Made by a program: the position numbers and the translations under genes. Of a stretch of DNA of 53,739 bases, positions 16,929 through 25,446 are shown piece by piece (the stretch's first letter is position 1; each line of letters opens with the position of its first letter). The notes beneath the pieces are model-generated. The model was not told the origin of the DNA and did not search any database. It saw nothing but the letters and a program-made list of their open reading frames with translations. Origin of the DNA: a virus (lineage: Duplodnaviria > Caudoviricetes); the IMG/VR virus record IMGVR_UViG_3300048896_000074, positions 1-53,739 of that record; one strand, given 5' to 3'.

Positions 16929-17129
16929 GTGAGCGTCTGGGTATTGATAATCTGGGTCAGCGGCTTGCAGCCCCTGGGCGGGCACAATCCCGAGGTCTGG
17001 CTGTTCCAAAACCGGACAGACTGTATCGCGGTTGCCGAAGGACCACACGCTCCAGGCGTCTCTCCTGGCCAATGTTACGAGGTCCCCATCATCGCGCATG
17101 AGGATTGGGGAAAGACGGTGAAGCCATGA
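16929..17129 (+). CDS. hypothetical protein
   Basis: GGGGAG upstream of the GTG; hydrophobic N-terminus and two Cys. Confidence 0.45.
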   Translation: MSVWVLIIWVSGLQPLGGHNPEVWLFQNRTDCIAVAEGPHAPGVSPGQCYEVPIIAHEDWGKTVKP

Positions 17130-17169
17130 TCCGCGCCGCTGACGTGAACCCTCTAGGGAGAGAAGGGTG

Positions 17170-17433
17170 ATGCGGATCAACGTCTACAGCCAAGAACTGA
17201 CCAGCGAAGTCGGCGTGGTCGAGAAGGTCGCCAACACCGGCCTCGTCTACAGCGCCGTGCAGTTGATGCTGCACTCCTCGCCCATGCTACACCACCCGCC
17301 CGCCGACGACGACCGCAGCGCCGTGACGTTCTGGCTGCCCAAGTCCGCCGAGCGCCGAGAAGCACTTGCGGGTGCGTTCGAGGAGATGGCCGCCAAGGTT
17401 CGCTCGGCGCGTCCCGAAACCGGCTTGGACTGA
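17170..17433 (+). CDS. hypothetical phage protein
   Basis: MRINVYSQELT...DDDRSAVTFWLP; strong codon bias; purine-rich RBS. Confidence 0.7.
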   Translation: MRINVYSQELTSEVGVVEKVANTGLVYSAVQLMLHSSPMLHHPPADDDRSAVTFWLPKSAERREALAGAFEEMAAKVRSARPETGLD

Positions 17434-17479
17434 TGACCCCCCACCTTCCAATCACTCTTCACATCGGAGGATACTGGCG

Positions 17480-18031
17480 ATGAGCACGCAGGGCCATGAC
17501 GAGGTGAGCTTCCGCCAAGGGATACGCGCGGCAATAACTTGGTTGCACGCAGAAGCAAAAACGATGAACGACCCTCTCGCGCAAATGATCTTGAACAACG
17601 CTGCGTTCCATCTTGGCACCGAAAAGAACCTCCCTCCCCCCAGTGCAGAAGGAAGGATGAGGGCGGCTTTGGAAGCCATCGTAGCGGAAGACTGGCGATG
17701 GGCTCAGGGCGACGGACACCCGTTCAAGAAATATGGCTCTTCCGGCGAAATCGCCCGCGCCGCCCTAGCCTCCGAGCCTACGGAGGTGGACATGGCCGCG
17801 TTCGGCGCTTCCGATGCGGCTTGTTATCTCTACCCCAACAAGGGGGATGAACTGCTCCGTGCGGCTTTCATTGCGGGGGCAGCGCATGCAGTCAGACCCT
17901 CCCATCCCGATCCGGAACTGGAGGGGGCTGTGGAGAAGATGACGCGGTGGATCGAAGACGAGGAGTTCGTGCCCCCCTACGGGGCAATCGCAATCCGCAC
18001 CATCCTCAAAGCCCTGAAGGCCCAAGCGTGA
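17480..18031 (+). CDS. hypothetical mosaic protein
   Basis: GGAGGA RBS; repeated ALE.I/ARAALA segments typical of variable phage ORFs. Confidence 0.55.
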   Translation: MSTQGHDEVSFRQGIRAAITWLHAEAKTMNDPLAQMILNNAAFHLGTEKNLPPPSAEGRMRAALEAIVAEDWRWAQGDGHPFKKYGSSGEIARAALASEPTEVDMAAFGASDAACYLYPNKGDELLRAAFIAGAAHAVRPSHPDPELEGAVEKMTRWIEDEEFVPPYGAIAIRTILKALKAQA

Positions 18032-18249
18032 GCGAGCCTGAGACGTGGCAGGATCACTGCCGTCGCTGCGGTGGTTGGAACGAGCGTGTCTTGTGCCGCC
18101 AAACCGGCCGCTACAACGTAGCGTTCCCGTCAGCTTGTCTAACCAAGGGCGAGTGTGAGAAGCGCATCCTGCGATGCGATCCCGGCAGACGCACCCGAGC
18201 CGCGCTTGCTGTGCTGAGGGCGGATACCGAATCGCCCGCCAAGCGATGA
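18028..18249 (+). CDS. hypothetical Cys-rich protein
   Basis: GTGA coupling; HCRRCGG. Confidence 0.4.
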   Translation: MSEPETWQDHCRRCGGWNERVLCRQTGRYNVAFPSACLTKGECEKRILRCDPGRRTRAALAVLRADTESPAKR

Positions 18250-18394
18250 AGCCTGACGGGCGATAAGTCCGGGGCATTTAGGCAGGTTCCTACTGAAGGA
18301 ACGCTAGTCCCTACGGCGTCGGCTGTCCAGCGCACGCAATAAAGCGCCGCCGATCCGGGGGGACCGACGGCGCAAAGTTGGTGGTCTGAGGTCG

Positions 18395-18739
18395 CTAGAA
18401 GATGCCGAGGAATGGCTTGCGCGTCAATTCCTTCACGAGCGCCGCGTCCCGGGCCTCGCATGCCGACACGATATGAAGCGTCTCGGCCTCGCGGCTGTTG
18501 GCCGTGTCGAGGTTCCCGGTCTGCTCGTCGGAGAAGCTGATCCAGTCGCCCACCGTCGCGCCGCCGCCAGGGAGCGGAGCGCCGGCCACGCCCTGCGCCC
18601 AGGCGCCTGGGACTAGCGTCGAGCAGCTATCGGCCGGTCTGCTGGTCACAATAGGCGTAGCGCAACCCGATAGCACAATCGCGATGGCCGCGATGGCTGT
18701 CCTGAGATAAAATCTGGCCCTTGTCTCGGAGTTGGTCAT
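18395..18739 (-). CDS. outer-membrane spanin (Rz1-like lipoprotein)
   Basis: Lipoprotein signal ...AIAAIAIVLSGC; CS.LVP..W..GV.GAPLP; last gene of the lysis cassette. Confidence 0.75.
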   Translation of the reverse strand: MTNSETRARFYLRTAIAAIAIVLSGCATPIVTSRPADSCSTLVPGAWAQGVAGAPLPGGGATVGDWISFSDEQTGNLDTANSREAETLHIVSACEARDAALVKELTRKPFLGIF

Positions 18740-19196
18740 GGCTGCACCAAAGTCACCGGAAGAACAGGTCACAAGGTTTGAGCCCGACCCAAACAGCGGG
18801 TGCTGGCTTTGGCTGGGAGCGACGAATCCGAGCGGATACGGGCACTTCACATCGCGCGGAACTCTGCGGCTGGCGCACCGCGCGGCCTTTGAGGTTCACA
18901 TAGGGCCGATACCTAGCGGGGTCTGCGTCTGCCACCGATGCGACACGCGGGCGTGCATCAACCCGGACCACCTCTTTCTTGGGAGCGCGGCAGATAACAG
19001 TCACGACGCGCTCAAAAAGGGCCGCCTCAAGACCCATCGCGGCGTGGAGCATCCGCGCGCCGCTCTGACGGATGACGACGTGCGACAAATCAGACTGGAC
19101 TCTCGCACCTTGACCGAGATCGGCAATGACTACGGCGTTCACCATACGACCGTCATGCGGGTTAAAACCCGAAAGCGCTGGGCGCACGTCGCCTAA
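18738..19196 (+). CDS. free-standing HNH homing endonuclease
   Basis: PNSGCWLWLG, GYG.F, AHR.AFE...GPIP.G..VCH.CD..ACINPDHL..G...DN..D...KGR with C-terminal HTH; antisense to the late operon. Confidence 0.92.
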   Translation: MAAPKSPEEQVTRFEPDPNSGCWLWLGATNPSGYGHFTSRGTLRLAHRAAFEVHIGPIPSGVCVCHRCDTRACINPDHLFLGSAADNSHDALKKGRLKTHRGVEHPRAALTDDDVRQIRLDSRTLTEIGNDYGVHHTTVMRVKTRKRWAHVA

Positions 19197-19567
19197 CTCC
19201 CCGGCGCGCGTAGTTGCCGACACGCAGGGTCGTTCTGGTATGCCCGTCTCAGGCACAAAGCCCGCAGGCCAGCATTGTCAGCGTCAGGAGTGACCGGAAC
19301 CTCGGCGCCCTTGGCATGGGTGATCTTCTCTCGGTTGGATCTGGTGAGCTCCGCAGTCGCCGCCTCGCTCGTCGCCTCGCGCTGGACGGCCTCGACCGCG
19401 ACGTGGCCCGACGCCGTAGCCGCGGTGATCGACTTCCCCGCCGCGTCGCTCTGGGCGGCCGTGGAGACCGCTCGCTGGTGAGCCGTCCATGTAGACCATC
19501 CAAGGTACCCGAGGCCGCAAACGGCTATCAGGGCCAGCGCGCCGAGTATCCCAGCGAGGAACCTCAA
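19193..19567 (-). CDS. inner-membrane spanin (Rz-like)
   Basis: N-terminal TM, Ala-rich coiled coil, C-terminal LC.RRAY.NDPAC. Confidence 0.75.
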   Translation of the reverse strand: MRFLAGILGALALIAVCGLGYLGWSTWTAHQRAVSTAAQSDAAGKSITAATASGHVAVEAVQREATSEAATAELTRSNREKITHAKGAEVPVTPDADNAGLRALCLRRAYQNDPACRQLRAPGS

Positions 19568-19574
19568 ACGCCCG

Positions 19575-19649
19575 TCACCGCGAGTAGGAGATTATCAGCG
19601 CGAACATCGCAATCGCGATGAGCGCCGAGAAGGCGAGGTAGGGTTTCAC
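19575..19649 (-). CDS. 24-aa hydrophobic peptide in the lysis cassette
   Basis: MKPYLAFSALIAIAMFALIISYSR; GTG overlaps the upstream TGA. Confidence 0.5.
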   Translation of the reverse strand: MKPYLAFSALIAIAMFALIISYSR

Positions 19650-20065
19650 CCGGCGCCCGCCGCGGCGACATTCACGGCGCCGTTCGTCGCGATCTGGATC
19701 CCGATCTTGTCGAGTCCAGCCTTGAGGCCGTTGATGACGGTCACGAGAGCGGCCTGCTCGGCGGGACGCAGAACGCCGGCGGTAGGTACCCCGAGCGCTT
19801 GGAGGATGTTGAGGATCTGAGTCGCCTGTGTATCGGCAGACTGGGCCAGAACCGGACCGATGGCCGTCAGGCCGGCGCCGACGAGCGAGGAGGCGCCAAC
19901 CTTGAACGAGTGGTAGAGCAGGCGGACGGCGGGCTGGAGCACCGCGTCCAGAGAGGCGATATCCTTCTCAATGAGCGCGCCCTCACCAGCCATGAAATCG
20001 TTAAAGGACGACTTGCCCTCCAGTAGGCTTTCGAGGTTGTGGAACGTGACGGTGATGTCGTTCAT
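19646..20065 (-). CDS. hypothetical protein (lysis cassette)
   Basis: ATGA-coupled to the endolysin. Confidence 0.65.
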   Translation of the reverse strand: MNDITVTFHNLESLLEGKSSFNDFMAGEGALIEKDIASLDAVLQPAVRLLYHSFKVGASSLVGAGLTAIGPVLAQSADTQATQILNILQALGVPTAGVLRPAEQAALVTVINGLKAGLDKIGIQIATNGAVNVAAAGAG

Positions 20066-20577
20066 GTTGCCATTCCTAGAGCTTGTTGATGGATTGCGTT
20101 GAGCCTGTTCATCCAGCCTTTGCCGAAGTCGTCGAAGGTGGACAGGCTGCGATAATACGCCTCGTGCGCTTCGGCATACTTGTTGATCGTCAGCGTGGGA
20201 TCCTGCGCGTTCGTGGCGGCCAAGGTTTGCGGACCGACCGCGCCGTCCTGCGGCACGCCCACCGACTGCTGCAGCAGTTTCGCGCCGCGGCCTGGTCCCG
20301 AGTTCACCGAGGCGTTGAACGTCATAAGGTCGACGCCGCTCGGCAGGTCGTCCGCCTTGACGGGCGCCCAGTAGCCGTCGCGGTAGATGTCCTCCAGTTC
20401 CCCGTCGGTGATCGCGCGGAGCTCGTCCTTCGTCGCCGGCCGCCCGAGGTAGTGCGAATACGTGTCGAGCGTCACGCCCTTCATGGTCGCGCCGCCGGGG
20501 TCTTTGGGATTGTCTGACCAGCCGCCCTCGTAGAGCAGGATCGTGTCCAGGCAGATCGGGAAGTTCGCGGCGGTCAT
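20062..20577 (-). CDS. endolysin, glycoside hydrolase family 108 with peptidoglycan-binding domain
   Basis: EGGWSDNPKDPGGATMKGVT, VNSGPGR, DG.VGP.T, FGKGW.NR. Confidence 0.95.
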   Translation of the reverse strand: MTAANFPICLDTILLYEGGWSDNPKDPGGATMKGVTLDTYSHYLGRPATKDELRAITDGELEDIYRDGYWAPVKADDLPSGVDLMTFNASVNSGPGRGAKLLQQSVGVPQDGAVGPQTLAATNAQDPTLTINKYAEAHEAYYRSLSTFDDFGKGWMNRLNAIHQQALGMAT

Positions 20578-20999
20578 GGGACGGGTTTCTCCATAAACGG
20601 CGTCGGCGTCTCCTGAACCGGGACGGGATCGCCGTCGGCTTGCTGGATCGTCACGACCTGGGGCTCGGCGGCATCCGGCGCCGGAGCGCCACCAGCGATC
20701 TTCGCCAAGGCCGCGGCGCTGACCTTCCCGCTCTCTGCGATGGCGTCGCCGGAGGCGCGGGAGCCGACGGTGGACCCGACCCAGAACGAGACGGCGGCAA
20801 CAAGCAGCGTCGTCTCAGTGCCGAAGATGCCGGAGAGCAGGCCGAACATGACGGTGGAGACGGTGACGCCCGACGCGACGAGCGAGAAGACGCCGACGAT
20901 CATCCCCGCCCAAACGCCGAGCAGCCAAAACGTCACGAGCGCCGGGACGCTATTCCACTTCGCCGACTGGCCGGCGTCCGTCTTGGTCTCGTCGGTCAT
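20574..20999 (-). CDS. putative holin
   Basis: Two TM segments ending in FWVGS..GS; directly upstream of the endolysin. Confidence 0.65.
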   Translation of the reverse strand: MTDETKTDAGQSAKWNSVPALVTFWLLGVWAGMIVGVFSLVASGVTVSTVMFGLLSGIFGTETTLLVAAVSFWVGSTVGSRASGDAIAESGKVSAAALAKIAGGAPAPDAAEPQVVTIQQADGDPVPVQETPTPFMEKPVP

Positions 21000-21009
21000 C
21001 CGCTTCCCC

Positions 21010-21405
21010 CTACTTCGCCGAGAGCTTTTCGTAGAGCGCCGCGGCGGCCGCGCCGATGCCGATGAACCAGCCGGCGTAGTCCTTCACCATCTTGACGAGG
21101 ATGAAGCCGCCGGTCCGCTCCTGCTTGTCGGACTCGAGCGCGTCAATCCGGGTCGACAGCTTGGCCTGGTCGCTGCGGACGTTACCGATCGCCAGCACCA
21201 TGTCCTGCCGCAGCGAGTTGTGCTCGGCGAGCATGTCGGTCGAGAGCTTTTCGATGCGCGCAGCCATATCCTGCCCGTCAAGCTTGGAGGTGAGCGCGAT
21301 CATCCCGTCGCGGGCCTCACGCGCATCCTTACCGACCTCGCGGATGGTCTCACGCAGGGGCTCCACCGCCCGCCGGACGATGCTCTCCACGCCCTCATCG
21401 GCCAT
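21010..21405 (-). CDS. coiled-coil protein with C-terminal TM (lysis-associated)
   Basis: ATG 21405 overlaps the upstream TAA; RIDALE...C-terminal hydrophobic helix. Confidence 0.6.
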   Translation of the reverse strand: MADEGVESIVRRAVEPLRETIREVGKDAREARDGMIALTSKLDGQDMAARIEKLSTDMLAEHNSLRQDMVLAIGNVRSDQAKLSTRIDALESDKQERTGGFILVKMVKDYAGWFIGIGAAAAALYEKLSAK

Positions 21406-21905
21406 TACCGCCCCTTCGGGTGCGGCGTAGATCGTCCGCTCGCAGGCACGACATGACGATGCCGAGCGCGATGAGAAGACAGACGGTTGCCCACAGCCCT
21501 TCCGACAACCTCGCCCCCGGCGATCGAGACGCACATGATCTCGATGGCGAAAAGGATATTCAACGCGAGGACGTAATTCCAGAGGTTTTCGCGCGTGCGT
21601 TCCGAGATCGCCCAATAGCCGAAGTCGATGAACAGGCTGGTGAGCAGCGCGAAGACCATGCCGAGCTTCCAGGGCCGCGGTCGCTCCCACCATAGCGCCA
21701 TTACGACCCCGATCATTACGAGATGGGAAAACGGATAGAGCAGATGCGCGACCGTCCAGCCGGCGTAGAGCGCGACGATCTTCGTGGCGCCCCACGAGCA
21801 GAGCAGCAGGAAACTCAGGATCGTCGCGTGCGGCCGCATGGTGAGCGCCGAGAGCAGGCCCACCGCGCAGATCGCGAACAGGAATCCCAAGGAGACCGAG
21901 TCCAT
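21405..21905 (-). CDS. multi-pass membrane protein
   Basis: About five hydrophobic segments. Confidence 0.65.
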   Translation of the reverse strand: MDSVSLGFLFAICAVGLLSALTMRPHATILSFLLLCSWGATKIVALYAGWTVAHLLYPFSHLVMIGVVMALWWERPRPWKLGMVFALLTSLFIDFGYWAISERTRENLWNYVLALNILFAIEIMCVSIAGGEVVGRAVGNRLSSHRARHRHVVPASGRSTPHPKGR

Positions 21906-21916
21906 CGTCTTCGGCC

Positions 21917-22132
21917 CTAGTGGCCCGGTTTTGGGTCGCCGTCCCAGGTATCGATGGCGTGACCCGCAAGCTCGACGATGACCGGCAACAGATGCTCGTC
22001 CGCCTTCTCCAGATGCCGGTGTCCCTTGGCGCAGGCGGCGCGCTGCTCGTCGGTGGTCGCGAGCGCCTCGAGCGCGATGATCGCTTCCCGGGTTGCGGCC
22101 CTCGCCGCGATGATGTCTTCGATACTATCCAT
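21917..22132 (-). CDS. hypothetical protein
   Basis: GGGAG RBS; in operon. Confidence 0.55.
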   Translation of the reverse strand: MDSIEDIIAARAATREAIIALEALATTDEQRAACAKGHRHLEKADEHLLPVIVELAGHAIDTWDGDPKPGH

Positions 22133-22147
22133 CAGGGTCTCCCGTCC

Positions 22148-24106
22148 CTAGTCGGCGCGTTCTAGCACGACGATCACCGAAACGCTTCCGGCGTTGAGGC
22201 CGGAGAGATTCCCCGAGCTCGACGTCAGCCGCACGAACACCGAGCCGGCGCCGACGCACCCGCCCATGACCGCGTTCGCCCGATTGATCGAGGTTCCGAG
22301 GTCGCCGTCGGCGGCCGGCTTGGTGATGGTCGCGGTCTTCACGTCGTGGTCGACGAGGAGCTCCTGCCCGCCGGACGTGATCCCGACCCGCAGGTTCAGC
22401 GTCCCGGCCGGACCCGCGAACTTCGGGTTCGTCACCGCCCAGATGCCGACGATCTTGGTCGCGGCCGGGAGCGTGAACAGCAGCAGGTCTTTCGTCAGTC
22501 CGCCGGTCTGGAACGCTGTATAGGGGACGACCGCCTTGTTGCGGCCGACCGCCGCCTGGCCGAGGAAGGCGTAGGTCACGCCGCTCGCCGGGGTCTGGAT
22601 CGAGGCGCTGATGCCCGGTGAGGCAAGGCCGCCGACGCGGTTGGGGAGCGCTCCGGCGTCGCCGTGGTCGCCCAGGCTTACGAGGCGCTGGCGCTCCATC
22701 GAGATGCCGAAGTCGTCGAAGTTCATCGCGTTGTCGGACGAGTCGTAGAAGACCGTGTCGGCGAGCCCCACCGTGCCGTAGTAGTTGCCGAGGCTGATGA
22801 TCGACGACGGATTGATCCCGGTCGTCACGCCGTTGACGTTGCCGCATCGGATCTTCGCGGCAATGGCCGCGCCGGTCGGGCCGCCCAGGTGGTTGCCGAG
22901 CAGCACCAGCGAGCCGCCGTGCTTGATGAGGTAGCCGTCGGCAGGCGGTGTTCCCTCGAACGCGCACCCTACCAGCGTCGCGGTGTTCTCGAAGTTCACG
23001 CCCTCGCTGCCGTCTAGCAGGCGGTGGAGATGCGTCGGGCTCTCCGTCTCCGCGCTCGACATATGCAGCGACATGATGCCGTGGGCGTAGACGCAGGCGT
23101 CGGTCGTGTCCTCGAACTGCGCGCCCTCGATCTGGACGACGTGGACGTCTCCTTCGAACGCGATGGGCCGCTTGAGCGAATAGGCTTGGAGCCGCCGGAT
23201 GTAGTAGTCCTTCGCGTTGCCGCCGCCGATGACCCGGAAGCCAGCATACGCCGAGCCCGCCGTGCCGTGGCCGCGGAAGACGTTGCGGTCGAGCAGGAGC
23301 TCGGAGATTTGCGGCGTGGCGCTGATCAGGTTGCCGGCCAGGACGCCGGCGCTGTCCGCGCCCTCCGGCACCGTGAACGAGCAGTTCAATACTTGGCCGC
23401 CGGGGTTGACGGCCGATGCGCCGACCGTGGCGCCGACGGAGTGGGAGCGGAGGAAATCGGCGACGAAGTGCGTCGCGTCCGAGACCGACTTCACATAGAC
23501 GACCTCGTAGTCGGACGTGCCCTTGCCCACGCCGAGCGCAGCGCCAGCCGAGAGGCCGGTGGTCGATGAGACGGCGACCGAGCGGTTTGCGCCGGCCGCA
23601 ATCGTGTTCGTCGTGGCGTTGGTGTAGGTCGCCGATGACGTGAAGTGGATGCAGTTCTTCAGGCCGGCGTATCCGCCGCAGTCGAAGTTGACGCCATCGA
23701 CCTCGAGCACGCCGCCGTCACAGATCAGCATCGAGCCGCCGGCCGTGCCGATCCAGCGGATTGCCGAGCCGTTGATGACGCCCTCGGACCGGGCGCCGAC
23801 GCCGAAGATCCGCAGCGCGTAGTTCGTCGCTCCGGCGTAGGTGATCGGCCGCGAGATGGCCGTCGGGCCTGGCACATAGATGCCGCCGCTGGCGATCCCG
23901 GCGCCGTTCGCGCTGAACGCCGCGAGCGCCACGTCCCAGGCCGACGAGTCGTCCGTCGTCCCGTCGAGCGTCGCGCCGCACTCGGCGAGGGAGATGAAGC
24001 CGCCGAGCCGCCCGTCGATCATCTGGCCCAGCGTTCGAATCGACGCCTTTGGCGGCCGGATCCCGTCGGCGTAGGCGCTGTCGAATAGTGCCTTGATCGC
24101 GCCCAT
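22148..24106 (-). CDS. tailspike / receptor-binding protein 2 (pectate-lyase-like beta-helix)
   Basis: GATLDGTTDDSSAW..A, IYVPG; Gly/Ser/Thr-rich beta repeats; start MGAIKALF at 24106 (TAATG). Confidence 0.78.
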   Translation of the reverse strand: MGAIKALFDSAYADGIRPPKASIRTLGQMIDGRLGGFISLAECGATLDGTTDDSSAWDVALAAFSANGAGIASGGIYVPGPTAISRPITYAGATNYALRIFGVGARSEGVINGSAIRWIGTAGGSMLICDGGVLEVDGVNFDCGGYAGLKNCIHFTSSATYTNATTNTIAAGANRSVAVSSTTGLSAGAALGVGKGTSDYEVVYVKSVSDATHFVADFLRSHSVGATVGASAVNPGGQVLNCSFTVPEGADSAGVLAGNLISATPQISELLLDRNVFRGHGTAGSAYAGFRVIGGGNAKDYYIRRLQAYSLKRPIAFEGDVHVVQIEGAQFEDTTDACVYAHGIMSLHMSSAETESPTHLHRLLDGSEGVNFENTATLVGCAFEGTPPADGYLIKHGGSLVLLGNHLGGPTGAAIAAKIRCGNVNGVTTGINPSSIISLGNYYGTVGLADTVFYDSSDNAMNFDDFGISMERQRLVSLGDHGDAGALPNRVGGLASPGISASIQTPASGVTYAFLGQAAVGRNKAVVPYTAFQTGGLTKDLLLFTLPAATKIVGIWAVTNPKFAGPAGTLNLRVGITSGGQELLVDHDVKTATITKPAADGDLGTSINRANAVMGGCVGAGSVFVRLTSSSGNLSGLNAGSVSVIVVLERAD

Positions 24107-25437
24107 TAGAAAGCTCTCCAGCGCCAAGTCGGCGCGGCCCCGGCATAGGCAAACGAAATGCTGTCGCCAGGACCGAGATAGACCGGACCTTCGTGAATGT
24201 TGCTCGTGTATGTGCCGCCGCTAGATTCCTGCGTCACGGTGTAGGTTGTCGCTGATCCGACATTTTCGATCATCGCGAAGACCGGCCCATTAAGGACCGG
24301 ATTGAAGACCTTGACACCAGTAGCGCCGACTGCGGGCGTGGTCGTCGAGAGGTGCTTGGCCTCAGAGTTGTGGACCTTGACGAAGGGCCCGAGGACCGAG
24401 GCGGCGTCGAGGACGTTGGCGACGTCGCCTTCGAACACGCCGTTGATCGCGTTCGAATCCCACAGCACCCGCGGCGTATCGTTGCACTGGACGTTGCGGA
24501 TGTTGTTCTGCAGGCCGTGGTTCAGGATCGCGTGAAGGACGTCGGTGCCTGCGAACTTGCAGTTCCAGATATTCCAGTAGGCGGCAAGAGTGACGCTCAG
24601 GTCGATGTCCATATAGGTCGCCGCGACTAACGACCCGTTGCCTTCGAAGTCGATGTCCTGAAGCGTAAAGTGCTGGCCGTCGCCCAGCCCGTAGACGCCG
24701 TGCCTCGTATTCCCCTCGATGGCCCCGCCATACCACGCGTTATCGTAACCGTGCTGCACGATTACGCCGTTGCCGTGGTTGGCCTCGGCGTTGCATCCAA
24801 ACAGCGTGCATGAGTTTGCGCCATTGAACCACCAGCCAGCATCGGCCGCCGTGTTCGAGCCGTTGAGCGCGGCCTGGCAGTTGTAGAATCGCATCGAGTG
24901 ATCCGACGCGATGTCGATCCCGATGTTCGTGTTGTTCATCGAGTTGATGTCGTTGAACCGCCACTTCACCGACTTCGAGCCGGTGATCTGCAGGCCGATG
25001 GCCGCGTCGGAGTTGCCGTCGAGGATGAAGCCGTCGACCAGCCCGCCGAAGTCCTCGTTCCCGCCGCCGGTCGTGACGTTGACCTTGAGGATCTGCGCGA
25101 GGCCGCCGGTCGTCGTGTGAAGCCGCGTCCCGTAGTTGAGGCTATTGTTCCGGCCGCCGCCGAGACCGATCAGCCGGATCGGCTTGACCAGCGAGATCGG
25201 CGAGGAGATCAGGACGTCGGGCACGTCCACGACCAGCGTATTGCCGTAGTTCGCGTCGATTGCCGCCTGCAGCGCCGCTGTGTCGTCGCCCACGCCATCC
25301 ACGCCGTAGGCCGAGGCAACCGCACCGCTGCCCTGCGCGGCGGCCTCCACGAGCGCGAAGAGGTCGCGGATCGCCGCCTTCGGTGGTCTGATGCCGTCCG
25401 CGTAAGCGGCATTGGCGGCGGTGGTGATTGCGCCCAT
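24106..25437 (-). CDS. tailspike / receptor-binding protein 1 (right-handed beta-helix)
   Basis: DGVGDDTAALQAAID; Asn ladders (CNAEANHGNG, IEGNTRHG). Confidence 0.82.
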   Translation of the reverse strand: MGAITTAANAAYADGIRPPKAAIRDLFALVEAAAQGSGAVASAYGVDGVGDDTAALQAAIDANYGNTLVVDVPDVLISSPISLVKPIRLIGLGGGRNNSLNYGTRLHTTTGGLAQILKVNVTTGGGNEDFGGLVDGFILDGNSDAAIGLQITGSKSVKWRFNDINSMNNTNIGIDIASDHSMRFYNCQAALNGSNTAADAGWWFNGANSCTLFGCNAEANHGNGVIVQHGYDNAWYGGAIEGNTRHGVYGLGDGQHFTLQDIDFEGNGSLVAATYMDIDLSVTLAAYWNIWNCKFAGTDVLHAILNHGLQNNIRNVQCNDTPRVLWDSNAINGVFEGDVANVLDAASVLGPFVKVHNSEAKHLSTTTPAVGATGVKVFNPVLNGPVFAMIENVGSATTYTVTQESSGGTYTSNIHEGPVYLGPGDSISFAYAGAAPTWRWRAF

Positions 25438-25446
25438 CTGGCTTCC

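Noticed and set aside
18250-18394. Convergent intergenic region as a tRNA, attP site or bidirectional terminator
   Set aside because: No cloverleaf, no clear hairpin with a U tract, and no integrase to support an att site
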